From assembly GCF_009914755.1 (NCBI RefSeq), contig NC_060938.1: a stretch of DNA of 64,000 nt; one strand, 5' to 3'. This stretch comes from the human T2T-CHM13v2.0 reference genome, Homo sapiens. Positions 38,280 through 52,547 of this stretch are shown here, one piece after another. Position 1 is the stretch's first letter. Every line of letters begins with the position of its first letter. Made by a program: the position numbers and the translations under genes. A model generated the notes under the pieces. It did no database searches. It saw only the letters and a program-made list of their open reading frames with translations, and was not told where the DNA came from.

Positions 38280-40535
38280 AATGCTCATATCAAAAAATTA
38301 GAAATATCTCAAATTAACAACCTAACATCATAACTGAAAGAATTAGAGAAGCAAGAAGAACTCAACCACAAAGCTTATAGAAGACAAGAAATAACTAAAA
38401 TCAGAGCTGAATTGAAAGAAATTGAGACATGAAAAACTGTTCAAACAATCACTTAATCAAGGTTTTTTGAAAAAATTAATAAGATAGATAGTGCACTAGC
38501 TAGATTAATAAAGAAGAAAAGAGAGAAGATTCAAATAAACAAAATTAGAAATGATGAAGGGAATGTTACCACTGACTCCAGATAAATAAAAATAACAATC
38601 AGCAACTACTATGAGCACCTCTATACACACAAACTAGAAACCCTAGAAGAGATTAATAAATTCCTGGACACATATACTCTCTCAAGACTGAACCAGGAAG
38701 AAATTTAGTCTCTGAGCAGACCAATTATGAGCTCCAAAAATTGAATCCATAATAGCCTACCAACCCCCCAAAATCCCAGGACCAGATACATTAACAAATT
38801 TTAACAGATGTACAAAGAAGAGCCAGTACCAGTCCTACTGAAACTATTTCAAGAAATAGAGGAGGAGGGACTCTTCCTCAACTTGTTCTATGAGGCCAGA
38901 ATCATCCTGATACCAAATACTGGCAGTGACACAACAAAAAAAGAAAACTTCAGGCCAGTATCCTTGATGAACATCCATTCAATAATCCACAACAAAATAC
39001 TTGCAAACTGAATCTAGCAACACATCAAAAGGCTAATTCACCATAGTGAAGTAAGCTTCTTCCCTGGAATGGAAGGTTGGTCCATCATGGGCAAATTAAT
39101 AAAATGTGATTTGTAACATAAATAAAACTAAAGATAAGAACCACATGATTGTCTCAACAGATGCAGAAAAGGCTTTCAGTAAAATTCAACAAAGCTTCAT
39201 TTTAAAACTTCTCAGTAAATGAGGTATCAAAGGAACATACCTCAAAATAATAAAGGCCACCTATGACAAAATCACAGACAACATTATACTAAATGGGCAA
39301 AATCTGGAAGCATCCTCCTTGAAACCCGCACAAGACAAGTATGCCCTCTCTCACCACTCCTATTCAACCTAGTATTAGAAGTCCTTTCTGGAGCAATCAG
39401 ACAAGAGAAAGAAATAAAGCGTATTTAAATAGAAAGAGAAGTCCAACTACCTCTGTTTGCAGACAACATAATTCTCTATCTAAACCCTATAGTTGTGACC
39501 CAAAAACTCCTTAAGCTGATAATCAACTTCCACAAAGTTTCAGAACACAAAATCAATGTACAAAATTTGCTAGCATTCCTATACACCAAGAAGAGCCAAA
39601 CTAAGAGCCAAATCACAGAGGCAATTTTATTCACAATTTCCACGAAAAGAATAAAGTACATACGAATACAGCTAACCAGGGAGGTGAAAAATCTCTACAA
39701 TGAAAATTACAAAACACTGTTCAAAGAAGTCAGAGAAGACACCAATAAAAATAAAAATCATTCCATGTTAATGGAGAGAAAGAATTAGTATCATTTAAAT
39801 GGTTGTACTGCCCAAGGCTATTCCTATTAAACTACCAATGACATGCTTCACAGAAGTAGAAAAAAGCTATTTAAAAATTCATATGGAACCAAGAAAGAAC
39901 TTAAGTAGCTAAGCAAAAAGAACAAAGCTTGAGGCATCACATTACCCGACTTCAAACTATACTACAGCACTATAGTAACCAAAACAGCATGGTACTAGTA
40001 CAAAAACAGACACATACACCAGTGGAATAGAATAGAGAGGTTAGAAGTAAGACCACATACCTACAACTATCTAATCTTTGACAAAGCTGGCAAAAACAAG
40101 CAATGGGGAAAGATTCCCTATTCAATAAATGGTGCTGGGATAACTGGCTAGCCATATGCAGAAGATTGAAGTTGGACTTCTTCCTTATACCATAAGCAAA
40201 AATCAACCCAAGATGGACCAAATACTTAAATGTAAAACCCAAAACTATAAAAGCCCTGGAAGACAGCCTAGGCAATACCATCCTGGACATAGAAACAGGC
40301 AAGGATTTCATGATAAAGACACCAAAAACAACAAATGCAACTACTGGCAAGTGGGATCTAATTAAACTTAAAAGCTTCTGCTCAGCAAAAGAAATTATCA
40401 ATAGGGTGAACAGACAACCTACAGAATGAGAAAAAAATATTTACAAACTATGTATCTGACAAAGATCTAATATTCAGTATAAGGGACTTAAATTTACAAG
40501 AGAAAAACAAAAAACCCTATTAAAAAGTGGCCAAA
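38280..40535 (+). mobile_element. L1 ORF2 fragment (older L1P)
   Basis: Decayed ORF2 peptides (38808-39011, 39495-39788). Confidence 0.85.
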
Positions 40536-42330
40536 GCCCTGACTTCTGAATGGCACTTCTGGACCCAGCCAGTGACTGAGGGATCTCACTGCCCTAAAGG
40601 AAAGAACACAGGACTGTCTGGCTTTGCCACCTGCTAATTGTAGAGACCAAAGGCCTTGAATGAACATAGGCAGTCGTCCGAAAGTGCGTGCAGCAGGACT
40701 TGAGCAAGACCCGTGCTGTGCTAGCTTCAGGTCTGATCCAGGGCAGTCATAGTGATGGTGGCCAGGGGTGCTTGTGTCTTTCTTCTCCCAGCTTTAGGTG
40801 GCTTAGAACAGAGAGAAAGACTCTGTATCTTTAAGAGAAAATAAGGGTAGGGAAAAAGAGTCTCTGGCTAGTAATCCAGAAAATTCTCCTGGATCTTGTT
40901 GAAGGCTGTCAAGGTGGTACTTCTCTGAGTCTGGAAGAATTACAGTATTATTGGGTATAAGGTGCCCCATAAAGCAGATATGGCTTAGATCACAACACCC
41001 AACTCTTTTCAAATATGTGAAAAACCTTCCCAAGAAAGACAGCTACAAATAAGCCCAGACAATGAAGACTACAATAAGTACTCACCTTTTCTCTCTTTAA
41101 ATTTTATTTTTTAAACCTCTCATATGGTGCTGCATGCCCAAGATTTTAATGCCCAGACACTGAAGAACATCTACTAGCATCAACACCATCCAGGAAAACA
41201 TGACCTCACCAAGTGAACTAAATAAGGCACTGGGGACAAATCCTGGAGAAAAAGAGATATGTGATGTTTCAGACAGAGAATTCAAAATAGCTCTATTTAA
41301 AAAAAAACTGAAAGAAATTTAAGATAACAAAGTAAAAAAATTCCAAATTTCATCAGTTAAACTCAACAAAGAGATTGAAATAGTCACAGCAAACTAAGCA
41401 GAAATTCTGAGCTGAAAAATGTAATTGGCATGCTGAAGAATGCATTAGAGCCATGTAACAGCAGAATGGATCAAGCAGAAGAAATAGTGAGCTTGAAGAC
41501 AGGCTCTTTGAAAATACATAGAAGAGACAAAAGAAAAAGAATAAAAACAACAAATCATGCGGACAGGATCTAGAAAATAGCCTCACAAAGACAGATCTAA
41601 GAGTTATTTGTTTTAAAGAAGATGTAGAGAAAGATGCAGGGGTAGAACAATTTATTCAAAGGGATAATAACAGAGTATTTTCCAAACCTAGAGAAAGATA
41701 TCCATATCCAACTACAAAAAAGTCATAGAACATTAAGCAGATTTAACCCAAAAAAGACTACTTCAAAGCATTCAATAGATCTTCCAAAAGTCTGATAAAG
41801 AAAAGTTATAAAGGAAGAAAGAGAAAAGGAACAAATATCTTACTGGGGAGCTCCAACACGTCTGGCAGCAGACTTTACAGTGGAAACTCTACTGGCCAGG
41901 ACAGAGAAGCAATAATATTTAAAGTATCAAAGGAAAAAAAAACTTTTACCTTAGAATAAAATATACAGTGAAAATTTTCTTCAAATAAAGAGAAGAAATA
42001 CTGACTTTTTCAGACAAACAGAAGCTGAAGTATTTTATGAATACCATACCTGTCCTAAAGGAATGCTAAAGGGAGTACTTCGATCAGGAAGAAAAGGACA
42101 TTAACGAGCAACAAATGATCACCTAAAGGTAAAAAAAAAATCTTCACTGCTAATAGGACACAAAACAAAACAGAATATTATAACACTATAGCTGTGTGGT
42201 GTGCAAACTACTCTTATTCAAAGTAGGAATACTAAATAATATCCAATCAAAAGTAATAACCACAACAACATTTCAAGACATAGCACAATAAAATATAAAT
42301 AGAAATAACAAAAAGTTAAAAAGTTAAGGG
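40536..42330 (+). mobile_element. Old L1 5' UTR/ORF1 fragment, cut off at the 5S rDNA block
   Basis: caggaaaacatgacctcacca...ORF1-like sequence, homologous in reverse to 27.4-28.7 kb. Confidence 0.75.
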
Positions 42331-42680
42331 ATAAGCACGACCCGTCCTGAGCCGGCAGCTGTGGTGGAAGCTTCGGAGCTCGGGAGCTCGCGGAAGGACT
42401 GGAGCGTGGGCGGAAGGGAGGCCGCCCCGAGAGCGGGAAGCCTGGGCAGGGGACAGAGGCCTCCGGCGCCCCCCAGCAACATCAGGGCGGTGCCACATTG
42501 GTCCTGAGCCAGGCCTGGCCGCCGGTGACGGCGGGACTCTCTGGGAAGCCGACGGTGCTCGGGTGTAGAGGGAGACAGCTGCCCGGGGGCACGGGCGAGC
42601 GGCTCTGGGGGTCCCGGATCTGAGACCCGCGGCCCCGGGGTGGCGGTGACGCCTGGAGTCGTGCGGGCGTGGCTGGGCCA

Positions 42681-42692
42681 GGCTCTTGGGAC
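42681..42692 (+). promoter_or_regulatory. 5S upstream D-box
   Basis: ggctcttgggac versus the mammalian D-box GGCTCTTGGGGC, exactly at -32..-21 from the 5S start. Confidence 0.75.
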
Positions 42693-42712
42693 AGCCAGAC
42701 GCCGCTGCTGGC

Positions 42713-42834
42713 GTCTAGGCCACACCACCCTGAACGCGCCCGCTCGCCTCTGATCTGTTGAAGCTAAGCAGGGTCGGTCCTGGTTAGTACTTGGATGGGA
42801 TTCTGCCTGGTAATATCGGATACCGTAAGGTTTT
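42713..42834 (+). pseudogene. RNA5SP: Full-length 5S rRNA pseudogene/variant
   Basis: gtctaggccacaccaccctgaacgcgcccg...aagctaagcagggtcggtcctggttagtacttggatggga...gtaagg followed by tttt. Substitutions are concentrated at about +30-48 and in the 3' third. Confidence 0.92.
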
Positions 42835-43857
42835 GGCTTCCTGCTCCCTCCCTCTTTCCCCTTTTGTCTCTGTGCTTCCCAACCGCCCCCCTCCTCTGCT
42901 CCCCCTTGACAGACCCCGCGCCCCAGCCGAAGCCCAGGACCTCCTCCTGAAGATCCGCCACTGCAGCACCGCCAGGCAGCAGCATCCCACCTTTTCGGAC
43001 TCGCGGCAGCCCCACCAGGAGCCCGGCTCCAACCCGGGCGGGACTGGACGACCCCGAGGGCGCAGGCGCGGGTTCCCCGAGTTCCCAGGTGTCTTCACGC
43101 TCCCCGGACTCCCAGGCAATTCTATTCATTCATCCAGCGACGCCGCAACCGTCCAAGCCGGGTGAAGGGGCGGGCAGGGGCAGCGGGTCCCACAGACCGC
43201 AGCCAAGACCTCCGCTCCAGAACCCGTGGTCTGCTTTCCCCAGGGGAAGGACACAGTCTTCGCCAGCCACGAGGAAATCCGTCCCTGTGCACCCGGTTTT
43301 CCAATGCCACCGACTTCGTGTGAACTCCAGTCCTGAGGACAGGAGAGAGACACAGGCCTTGCCCCGTAGACACTCTTGGCACCACGGCTCTCTCCAGACA
43401 AACGGGCACACTCAACAAATCTCGGGGCCCACCGCACCAAGGAGACAGAAAGAAGCAAACAAAGGAAGGACCATATGAAACGCACCCGCAAAGCAACCAA
43501 CCAATTCAAGAAAAAAAAAAAAAAACACGTCTCAGGGCTCCGTTGGTTTTCCCGGGTGTGGGGCCCTGACACCCTGTTCTAGCCCGGCTCAAGCACCCTC
43601 CACCCCACTCCGGCCTGCTGAAAGGTGCCCTGTCTACCTGAGCAGAGCCTCCCTCTCCAAGGCTCTGTTGCTGTCACTCTACCACTCCCTCACCCTCTCC
43701 CTTTCTCTACTTCCCCCTCCACCTCGCGCTCTACTGTGGCGCTCTCTCTTCCCCCCTCTCTGTCTCTCCTCCCCCCTTCTCTGTCTCTCTCTCTATCACT
43801 GTCTCTCTCTCTCCCTCTGGTTCTATTTCTCCATCACTCTCTCCCTTTCTCTCCTTC

Positions 43858-44309
43858 TGTAGCAGGAGGAGCTGCAGAAAAAACCCTGACACCGAGTTGT
43901 AGAAGGAAGGGCTTTATTCAGCTGGAAGCATCGGCAGACTCGTGTCTCCAAAAACCTAGCTCTCAGAGTGAGCAATTCCTGTCCCTCTTAAGAGCTTACA
44001 AGTCTAAAGGGGTCTGCGTGAGAGGGTCCTGATGGATTGAGGAAGCAGAGGGTACGTGACTGGGGGCTGCATGCACCGGTAATTAGATCGGAGCAAAACA
44101 GAACAGGGATTTTCACAGTGCTTTTCTATACAATGTCTGTAATCTATAGATAACATAACCGAGTAGGTCAGGGGTCGATCTTTAACTACCAGGCCCAGGG
44201 TGTGGCGCAGGGCTGTCTGCCTGTGGATTTCATTTCTGCCTTTTAGATTTTACTTCTTCTTTCTTTGGAGGCATTAATTGGGCATAAGACAATATGAGGT
44301 GTGGTCTCC
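43858..44309 (-). mobile_element. LTR2 (HERV-E/Harlequin) solo LTR inside the 5S spacer
   Basis: Reverse complement of ggagacc...catattgtcttatgcccaat...cctgctaca. Flanking cttc repeat. Empty site visible at ~45663-45680. Confidence 0.85.
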
Positions 44310-45133
44310 CTTCAAGCTATCTGTGTCTGTGTCTTTGTGTGTCCGTGTGTGTGTGCCCAGGTGCGGTGTGTGTGTGTCCGTGTGTGTGTGTGTCTGCGCA
44401 CGTGCACCCGTGTGTGTCCGTGTGTGTGTCAGGGTGGGTTTGCTCGTGGTGTTGCTGGGGTGTATCTGGGTGTCCGTCAGCCCCTCTTTCCTGGGATGAG
44501 GCCGCCAGGGCTCTAGTGCCGGCGCTGGGCAAAGCAGAGCCTTCCTGCCCCGTTGGCCACGGCGGGTCCTCGTCGGAACAAGCGAAGATGGTGTGAGCGT
44601 TGTGAGAAAAAGGGCCCGTGGGGCTGGGCCGGCTGTTCGCCCCTGGGCAGCCCTGGCGGCTCTGGGTGTGCGGGGCAAGAGGGGGCCTCGCAGGAGAGGC
44701 GGCGAGGGATCCAAAATAATTTTTCCGCAGCAAGGCGGAGGACTGGAGGGGACCCTAGGACCCTGGGCCCTGGGCCCTGATGCCTCAGAGCACACCCCGT
44801 TCTGAGCGGGCCCCAGGTGTTGGAAGCTCTGGGGCTCGAGAGCGGGGGTAAGGCCTGGAGTGTCAGCGAGAGGGTGGCTGCCTGGAGAGCCCAGAGCCCT
44901 GGCAGGGGATGGAGGCCTCTGGCGCCTCGGCGGTCTCGCGCGTGGTCTGGCCGCCGGCGACAGCGGGACGCTCTGGGAGGTTGGCGGAAAGCGCAGCGCG
45001 GCGACTGGTGGTGTTTGGGCCTAGAGGGGGAGAGCAGCCCGGCCACGGGCAAGAGGCTCCGGGGTGCCTGATCCCAGCCTCGCGGCCCGGGGTTGGTGGT
45101 GACGCCTGGAATCAGGCGGGCGTAGCTGGACCG

Positions 45134-45185
45134 GGCTCTTGAGCCAGCCAGGCGCCACTGCCATTGTCTACGGCCACACCACCTG
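45134..45185 (+). pseudogene. RNA5SP: Second, truncated 5S gene (first ~20 nt) with D-box
   Basis: gtctacggccacaccacc at 45166 and D-box-like ggctcttgagcc at -32. Internal control region deleted. Confidence 0.8.
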
Positions 45186-45543
45186 GAAAACGAGAGAGAC
45201 CCAAGCCGCGACCAGTGGGTACGCTCAGCGCCACTGCTCCTGCCACAGTGAGGGGCGCACTCTACAACTTTCAGGGCCCACAGACCAAGAGGACAGGGAG
45301 AAGCCAACAAAGGAATGACGCTACGAAAAGCACCCCCAAAGCAACCAACCAATCTAAGTAAAATCACGTCTCAGGGCTCCGTTGATTGTCCCACGTGGGC
45401 GGCTCTGTCCCTCTGTTCCAGCCCAGCCCAAGCACCCTCCACCCTACCCTGGCCAAAGGGGCCCCTGTCTACCAGATAGGCTCTGTTGCTCTCCCTCTCT
45501 AGCTCCCTCACCCTTTCCCTTTCTCTACTTCCCTCTCCACCTT

Positions 45544-45578
<35 letters not shown>

Positions 45579-45836
45579 CTCCCCTGTTCCTCTCTGTCTG
45601 TCTCTGGATGGCTGTTTCTCTCTCTCCTTCCGTTTCTATCTTGCCATCCCTCTGTCCCTTGCTCTCCTTCAAGCTGTCTGTGTCTTGTTGTGTCTCTGTG
45701 TGTGCTTGTGATCCCGCGCATATGCCCGTGTGTGTCTGTGTTTGGGAGTGGGTTTGCCAGTGATTGTGGTGGGGTGTGTCTGGATGTCCATCAGTACCTT
45801 TGTCCCGGGATCAGGCTGCCAACTCTATTGCCAGCG

Positions 45837-47999
45837 AGTGGGTGTGACAGTTGCCGTGATAGTCTCACACCCGCAGGTGTGTGGATCTCGTTCATTTTCA
45901 CGTAGACAACGAGAGCGAAACCACAGAGAAAAGAAACATCCCGTGCATCACGGCCTGACGATGGATTCCTGTTTCCTGCAAAATGGGGAGTCTCCAATAT
46001 AGCCTGTTTGAAAACTGGAAAGGAGAGCACCGACATGATGCTGGTCTTCCACGCATTCCTGGAACTTTCTGCGGCCCCACAGAGCTTGGGAAACAAACAC
46101 TCAACATGGGCACGCTTTCGGGGGGCAGAAACTTGAGCAACAGGCACCTTTGCAGAGGGCAAAGAAAAGTGGAATCCAGAATCACGCTTCAGTTGGCCTG
46201 AGTGTGACTCCTGTGTGGATGCTACTATCCGCCTCGCGCTCTGTTGCAGGGCTCAACGTGGAGATATGTCATCTGTGAACCATGTGGATGAAAAACAGAC
46301 AGCCACCTGAGTCTCGGCTCATTTCTCTCTGGGAAATTCGCTCATTCCTTTGGAAACGGAATTGGTCTGAATTGCTCCGGGATGAAGTAACCCAGGCTGG
46401 CGATCCAGAGGGCCGCTGAGTGCCCCGCTGGCCAATGGGGCTGTGGGCTCAGCACTTAGCCCGCTCTGGGCACCCAACATTTTCCCGGAGTGCTGGGTCC
46501 TGTTGGTTCTGGAGGCAGAAGACCATTTTTCTCTCTGCCTTCCGTTCTCTGTTTCTTGCTCCTTTTGTCCCTAGGTCCATCCTTCCCTCTGTTCTTCCCT
46601 CCCTCCCCCGTTTTTTCCCTCCATTTCTCCCTCTTTCTTTCTCTCCCTTCTGGGGTCCCTCCTTCCACCCATCCTTTCCTAGCTCCATCCTTCCATCTCA
46701 CTCTGTCTTCGTTCCTGTCCTCATCTCTGCCTGCCTTCCCTCTCGCCTGGAAAGGGCAGCACCCCTGTTTGCACGGGGTCTCGGGTCTACATTTAGTTGC
46801 AAGGCCCTCCATGGTGCTGGCAAGGAGGCTGGCGGGACACGGGTTGGCAAGTGATGGAGAGCGAAGAGGCAGAGGAGTCGAGCCGCAGAAAGAAGTGGCC
46901 TGGCTTCTGCCCCGGCCCAGTGTTTCACGGACTTAGGTCTCCACCAACCCGACTGAAGAACGCGGGGGCAAAAGGGATGAGAGCTCCGCCTCCGCTAGTT
47001 AGAAAACCCAGGCTGCTGCCTGGAAACCCGTGCATGCGCAGTAGACAGCCCACCTCCCGGTACCTGTACCGGCCCTGGGATCCCCAGGATGCTCAGGAAT
47101 TTTTCTTGCCATTCTTGACAGCCCTCCTCTGTGTGGAGTCTCTCGGTGGACCTGGAACACAGGGATCCTAGGCAGGTCAGCTGGAAGGGAAGACAGGCCT
47201 CTCCATACCAAGCCTGAGGTTCGCCGCGAAAGAGAGGCCGCCACCCTGCCCCCATCCCGCCCCAACCTGCTCCTCCAGAAGAGCCCTGTGTTCTTCCTGG
47301 CTGAGGAGTGGTTCCAGCAAAGCGTGCTCTTCCACGTCCTTCAGCTCCCCCAATGGTGCCGGATCTAGGAAAGGTTGTGCCTTTTGCTGAAACTGGGGTT
47401 GACAGGAGCTCATCTAACAGGCTGGAGGTGACTGCAGACAAGCGCCCGGGCTCCTGGAGCTGTTGGGAGGTGCCCGGTTGGCTGGCATCTGTGCTTGACG
47501 CTGAGGTCTCCGGGGTCGCGAGCTCCTGAGGTGGAGGTGCCCCATCTTCAGGTTCCCACGCCGCCCTGGGGCTCCAGCCCCATCACGGACTCCGGTGGGA
47601 TGTGGGTGGCGCAAGCACACCTTGCCCCTGTGACTCAGATTGAGGGGGCCCAAGCTGTCCCACTGAGCACGCGCCCAGCAGGCCGTCGCGCTGCGGATTC
47701 TGGTCTTCCTGTCATTTGTTGGGGTACGGAGGCCAGCAGGGAGTCTGAAGATGGGAGAGCCCCAGTTCCGGAGAAGCCAGGGCAGCGAACACAAAGCCCC
47801 ACATGCCCGGGCAGGTTGGGAGAGTCCTTCTGTCTGCGCAGCCTGGCTGGGCTGGAGCAGGGGGATGGCCCTTGCTCCCTGGCCCACGAAAGCCCCCTGT
47901 GGGAGAGCCCCAGGCGTGCAGGGCATTTGGGGTGTGGGAAGCGCAATTCCCGGGCGAACTCAATAGAGGAGGGAGGAGGGTGACACCCACCGGGGGTGC
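45837..47999 (-). repeat. Diverged partial D4Z4 (3.3-kb repeat family) unit, inverted
   Basis: Minus strand matches recalled D4Z4 blocks: ggaatccatcgtcaggcc, tctacgtgaaaatgaacgaga, a purine-rich hhspm3-like tract, and ggtacc..ggtgggctgtctactgcgca with the KpnI site at 47059-47064. Confidence 0.85.
47268..47999 (-). pseudogene. DUX4L: DUX4-like pseudogene, C-terminal part only (no homeodomains), frameshifted
   Basis: Peptides across frames: [65 protein letters not shown]...LLEPLLSQEEHRALLEE. They are collinear with DUX4 from about aa 170 to the end. Confidence 0.9.
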
Positions 48000-48002
48000 T
48001 AA

Positions 48003-50061
<2,059 letters not shown>

Positions 50062-50074
50062 GTTTTTGTTGTTC

Positions 50075-50368
50075 TTTGTTTTGAGATGGGGTTTCGCTCT
50101 GTTGCCCAGGCCAGAGTGCAGTGGCATGATCACAGCTCACTGCAGCTTCAAACTGCTGGGTCAAGTGATTTTTCTGCCACAGCCTCCTGAGTAGCTGGGA
50201 CTACAGGCATGCAGCACTATGCCTGGCTATTTTTTTTAATACTTTTTTTTGTAGAGACGGGATCTCACTATGTTGCCCAGCTGGTCTTGAACTCCAGGGC
50301 TCAAGCAATCCAGGCACTTCAGCCTCCAAAAGTGCAGCCATTACAGGCTTCAGCCACTGCACCCAGCT
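50075..50368 (-). mobile_element. AluJ-like
   Basis: gatcacagctcactgcagc and other J-type positions. Confidence 0.85.
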
Positions 50369-50394
50369 TGTCTGCAGTTCTTAAAACAAAAACT

Positions 50395-50713
<319 letters not shown>

Positions 50714-50719
50714 TTACAA

Positions 50720-51260
50720 ATGTATATATCTACCATTCCAGTATCATACAGAATGGTTTTACTGCCGTGAAGATTCTCTGTGCTCTGTGTATCCATCTCT
50801 TCCTTCCCCTTGGTCTATGGCAACCACTGATCTTTCTACTGTTCCCACAGTTTCACCGTTTCCAGAACGTCATATAATTGGAATCGAACAGTACGTAGAC
50901 TTTTTGGATTGGCTTCTTCTTTTAGCAATATGCATTTAAGTTTCCTCCATGTATTTTATTTGTGGCTTGATAGTTCATCTCCTGTTAGCAGTGAATAATA
51001 TCCCGTTGCCATTATACTTTTGTCAAGACTCAGAACGTAAAAAGTGAAGAGTAAATGTGAATGTGCACTGTAAGCTTTGAGTGATAATGAAGGGTCAAAG
51101 TAGGTTCCTGGTTGTCACAGGTGTGCTCCTGTGAGGCAGGAAGCTGTAGTTGGGAGGCTGTGTGTGGGGAAAGGGACATATGGGAAGTCTGTACTCTCTG
51201 CTCCGTTTAGCTGTGAACCTGCACTTCTCTAAAAAATAAAATTAGTTAAAATTAAAAACA
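50720..51260. mobile_element. Ancient L1M 3' UTR fragments in both orientations
   Basis: ggcaaccactgatctttct...ggttcctccatgt (minus strand), then tatgggaagtctgtact...tctaaaaaataaa (plus strand). Confidence 0.55.
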
Positions 51261-52547
51261 AAAAATTAGAAAAATTAAAACATTACAATGTGTCATATAG
51301 TTTTCAAATCACAAGACAGAAAAAGACATAATAAAAGAAACTATAGAAAACAACAAGGATAGGAATAAAACATCAGTGATAGGAGGCAGAAGACAGAAAA
51401 GTGGAGCCAAACACATTAATTTATTTTAATCATTAGTTATACTCATTTATACTAATTTATATTGATTTAACATATTAATTCTGAATAAATGGCATTAAAG
51501 GAGGTTTGAGGAATTTGCATGTCACATCCTGGATGAGAGGACTCAAAAATATTAGCTTTTTAGTTTGCTGTAAATCATTTAAAAATATGCTCAAATTTCA
51601 CTAAAAATTCCAATAAAAATATTTTCGAACAAGAACATGTGATTTTAAATCCATATATTGAACACACACACAATGAGAGCCAATATTATAAAATTTACTA
51701 AAAGATATTTAAGATTATTATCACTATTCAAAATTAAACAAATTTGAAATGGCACAAAAATAAACACATTAATGAAAGAGAATTAAAAACACATAAATTG
51801 AGTGTAATTTTATCTAGTAACAGGGTAACATTTTAAACCCACAAAACAGAGCGATTGTTCTATTTATGGTATTAAAATATTGGGTAATGATTTGAGAATA
51901 TAAAATGATAGAATTGAATCATTGTCCCACACTTTCCATAAAAGTTAATTCCAGTATTAAACGTAAAAAAAAAGAGAGAGAAAAGAAAAGAAAATCAGAT
52001 GTGTGTGTGTTTTATGACCTTGAGAATGAATGTCTTCTAAAATCAAAATTTCAAACAGAAACCATATAAAAAGGAATAAACCTAACGTACCTAAAATGTA
52101 AATTGTTACACATTTCAACACCAGGTAAATAGCACAAAACAAACGGGAAATTTTTATAGCAATTATGTTACATGAAAGTTAAAATCCTTATGACATATAT
52201 AATATATAAAACAGTATGATTACTGCTATTATTAATAGCATTATGATTACCTGGTCTTTTCGCACACCAGTCCTCTTCTGGTGCCCTGTGGTGAAACAGA
52301 GCCCTCCCTCTCTGGCCACAGTGAGGGATCCAGCAGGAACCCTGCCTAAACCCACAGAGGGTGTGAGCCAAGCCAGGACATCACATTCCCTCCTGAGAAA
52401 TGACGCAGATAACCACTTACGACAGAAATTTGGTCCCTCTCTGGAAAAGTTGTGTAATAATTATTGCAGAAACTTGTTTCTTATGTTCCCAGACACATGG
52501 AGAAAGCTGGTCTGGAAGACTGATGTCCACATGCTAAGAGAAACAGT

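Larger units (their letters stand above)
42338..45836 (+). repeat. Decayed tandem 5S rDNA repeat units (about two), CpG-rich
   Basis: Internal direct repeats: 42338-42732 with 44794-45185, and 43428-44525 with 45278-45836. Each unit has a GC-rich spacer, a CT tract and a GT tract. Confidence 0.85.

Noticed and set aside
42316-47171. Many overlapping 100-280-aa ORFs
   Set aside because: Expected in GC-rich 5S spacer and D4Z4 sequence. Apart from the DUX4-derived pieces they show no homology I recognise.
47268-47999. Functional DUX4 or DUX4c gene
   Set aside because: Both homeodomains and the start codon are missing, and the remainder is frameshifted.
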